Shown here: positions 61,783 through 64,000 of the stretch, one piece after another
How the letters are laid out: the number at the start of each line of letters is the position of its first letter
Numbering within the stretch: position 1 is the first letter of the stretch
DNA from: Chrysemys picta bellii
Taxonomy: Eukaryota
NCBI RefSeq assembly: GCF_011386835.1
Contig: NC_088799.1
Span: 2,852,001-2,916,000 of the forward strand
Reading direction: 5' to 3'
Length of the DNA stretch: 64,000 nt
Translations under genes and position numbers: made by a program
The notes under the pieces: generated by a model
Seen by the model: the letters and a program-made list of their open reading frames with translations, nothing else
The model's database searches: none
What the model was told of the DNA's origin: nothing

Positions 61783-62047
61783 CTGAAAGAGCAGGAGACA
61801 AGGGCAGTCAAATCTAGCCACAAGCGGGGCTGTTTCCTGAGAAGAGGAAGAGAGAGCTTCCGAGTCCCCTGGAGAGAGGCAGAGGGGAGAGCAGGCACGC
61901 TCCTGTGCAGTCTGGAGACGTCGGCCTGAGTCCATTCAACAGCAGGGGATACCAACAATGCAGAAAACCCCCAAGTTATTTCTAACTCACCTAAGCCTTC
62001 TTTTCATTCAGAACAAAGGTGCGTTCTTGACTCACACTAGCTAACAG

Positions 62048-62235
62048 AGGCAGTGTGGCCTGATACATAGAGCACTGGACTGGGACTCAGAAGACTGGGT
62101 TCTAGTCCCCTCTCAGCCACGGGCCGGTTGGGTGACCTTAGGCACGTCATCTCTCCTCTCTATGCCTCAGTTTCCCCAGCTGTAAAATGATTTGTAAACT
62201 GCTTTGAGATCTACAGCTGAAAGGCGCTGCATGAC
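62048..62235 (+). mobile_element. MIR/CORE-SINE in the last intron
   Basis: gaggcagtgtggcct..agagcactggactgggactcagaagactgggttcta..ctatgcctcagtttcccc. Confidence 0.85.
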
Positions 62236-62409
62236 AGCTATTGTTCTAACACAGGGTAACTAACCGGAGGTAAAATCCTCGTGAAGACCAGGCAATTTGT
62301 AGTTTTCACACGACTTAGGTCAGGGTAAACTAGGCTGCTCCATAGCCTTGAACTCGACCTGCTAGCTCGTGGGCCAGCTACTGACTGCCCTGTCTTTGCT
62401 AGGACTTAC

Positions 62410-62493
62410 CTAGCTGGGAGTGAAGAACACGCTTTTTTTTTTCCTAGCGAAGACGTGGCCTTGGGGCTGGATTGGGGCCCATCCTGCAGACCG
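62410..62493 (-). CDS. Penultimate coding exon of the same gene (xGLQDGPQSSPKATSSLGKKKACSSLPA)
   Basis: Acceptor ttctgcccctctgctcctttgtag|, perfect donor AG|gtaagt, 84 nt, phase 2-2, open in the frame that joins the last exon. Confidence 0.65.
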   Translation of the reverse strand, partial: RSAGWAPIQPQGHVFARKKKSVFFTPS

Positions 62494-64000
62494 CTACAAA
62501 GGAGCAGAGGGGCAGAAGCATTCCTGACTCCCTTGTGCCAGCACGGTGCACCATCGCTTCGTGCGAGCAGGCTCTGGAGAGCCGCTGCGTTCCCCACCTC
62601 TCCATGCGCCCAGCAGCATCGTGACCCTGGCAGGTCAGGGAACCAAGTGATGCACCAAGCACAGACTCAGTGCAGTTTACTGCCTCTCTGGGGTAGCAGC
62701 AATTCAGGGAGTTTCCCTCCCAGGCTGCTCACCAATGCACAGCCACTGACTTGCTGACTGGCCACCTAGCCCTTATTGGCTGGATAGGCTTAAGAACTTA
62801 CTGTACCTCTATGGTCAGTTTTGCAATTCAAATGTATTTGCACAGAGACTGACAAAAACGCTGAGGTTGAAAAACCTGGGAGGCGGTTCGGGAAGTACTC
62901 GTCTCCCATGGGGCGGGTGGGGACACAAGGATCAGTACAGGAGAGAATCTAGGCGGGTATCTTCGATTGACAGAGGATTCCTGCACTCTGGGAAGTGATT
63001 ATGTCATCCTCACATGGCATCTTAAACAAACAGAGCCTGGGTGCTCTTCTAGAAAACACGCTCTGGTTCAGCCACAAGTTATTGGGCTCAATGGTGTAAA
63101 GAAGACTAATTTCCCCCATTTTTACTGGGTGAGGTTCTCTGACCTGTGCCGTGCACAAAGTCACCCCAGATAATCATAATGGTCCCTTTTGGTCCATGAA
63201 TTTATATTCCCCTCTGGCTCCACCACTGACAGCTGCATCAAGAAATTGAAAACTTCTTAAAAGCAATACATAGGAGATGTACAGCAAGAGCTGAAGTTTT
63301 ATAGCCCCTTATTCAGAGGCCTGACTCAGACACAGAAGCACGTTACGTGCGTCACCCAAAGGGTGTTTCCTAAGAAGTGACAGCACAACAGAGACTTTGT
63401 AGACAGAACAGTTTTTCCTCCAAAGGGCGTGAAGTCCGAGCAGCCTGCTGGTAGATGTACGAAGATGCGTTCACCTTCATGCCAACTACCATGGAAAATA
63501 TCAGTTGCTCTGTGTTGATTTGGCTCCGTTTTCTCACTCAGTACTCGGGAAGATGTGCATTCCCGGTTCCAACAGAAAGCGGTGGGTCATCTTAATCACA
63601 TGTTAATCTCCATCCTGTTTCTTGATTTCTGCATTGCCATAATCCACCTCACATCTTGGACTTTTCCCCCAATTGTCTCCCTCTCTCTCTCAAAAAAAGA
63701 TCAAGCCACTAATTGTCAAAGATGCAGCTGTAGCTAAAAAGGGATTCAGAGGGCTGGAAAGGTGGTGTCGGATCAGCTAGCTAGGTACAGCTGGCCAGCT
63801 ACACAGTGGCTAGATTTTACTGCGCTACTAAAGTGATCACAAACAACCGGGAAACCAGAATGAACATACACTACTTATTGACATGACATTTAAAAAGGAA
63901 GAAGTCCTGAGGATGGAACTCGAGTTGGGTAAAGGAAATGAGAAGCTCTCCTGGGAATTCCAGTAACGTTTGCTACAGAAGAGAGTCAGTATCAATGCAA

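Noticed and set aside
1-64000. CRISPR arrays, rRNA, endogenous viral genes, full RE1/REST sites
   Set aside because: None seen; only RE1 half-sites (tcagcacc) occur

Overview
Eukaryotic, repeat-rich, mostly non-coding DNA that looks like a turtle (Testudines) genome, judged from tortoise-type tRNA-Lys Pol III/SINEs, PsCR1-like CR1 LINEs and LTRs and MITEs typical of turtles. Almost all ORFs in the track are chance or TE-derived. The only long clean protein-coding stretch is a 5'-truncated Penelope-like element (43010-44057, minus) encoding an intact GIY-YIG endonuclease. The best-supported host gene is the 3' end of an unnamed minus-strand gene: an 84-nt exon (62410-62493), a last coding exon (61740-61782, ending ...SSEVLTEF*) and a ~3.2 kb 3'UTR-like tract with several neural miRNA 8mer sites and AATAAA signals. 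A separate coiled-coil-like exon candidate lies at 51538-51643. The most interesting system is a set of Penelope-derived insertions, each with its own target-site duplication, that carry minimal type-I hammerhead ribozyme motifs with a non-canonical core (16044-16083, 22314-22349, 43063-43102). One sits in the loop of a long inverted repeat and one is nested inside an older Penelope. Repeat family names are from recalled consensus features, not database searches. No tRNA, rRNA or CRISPR features were found.
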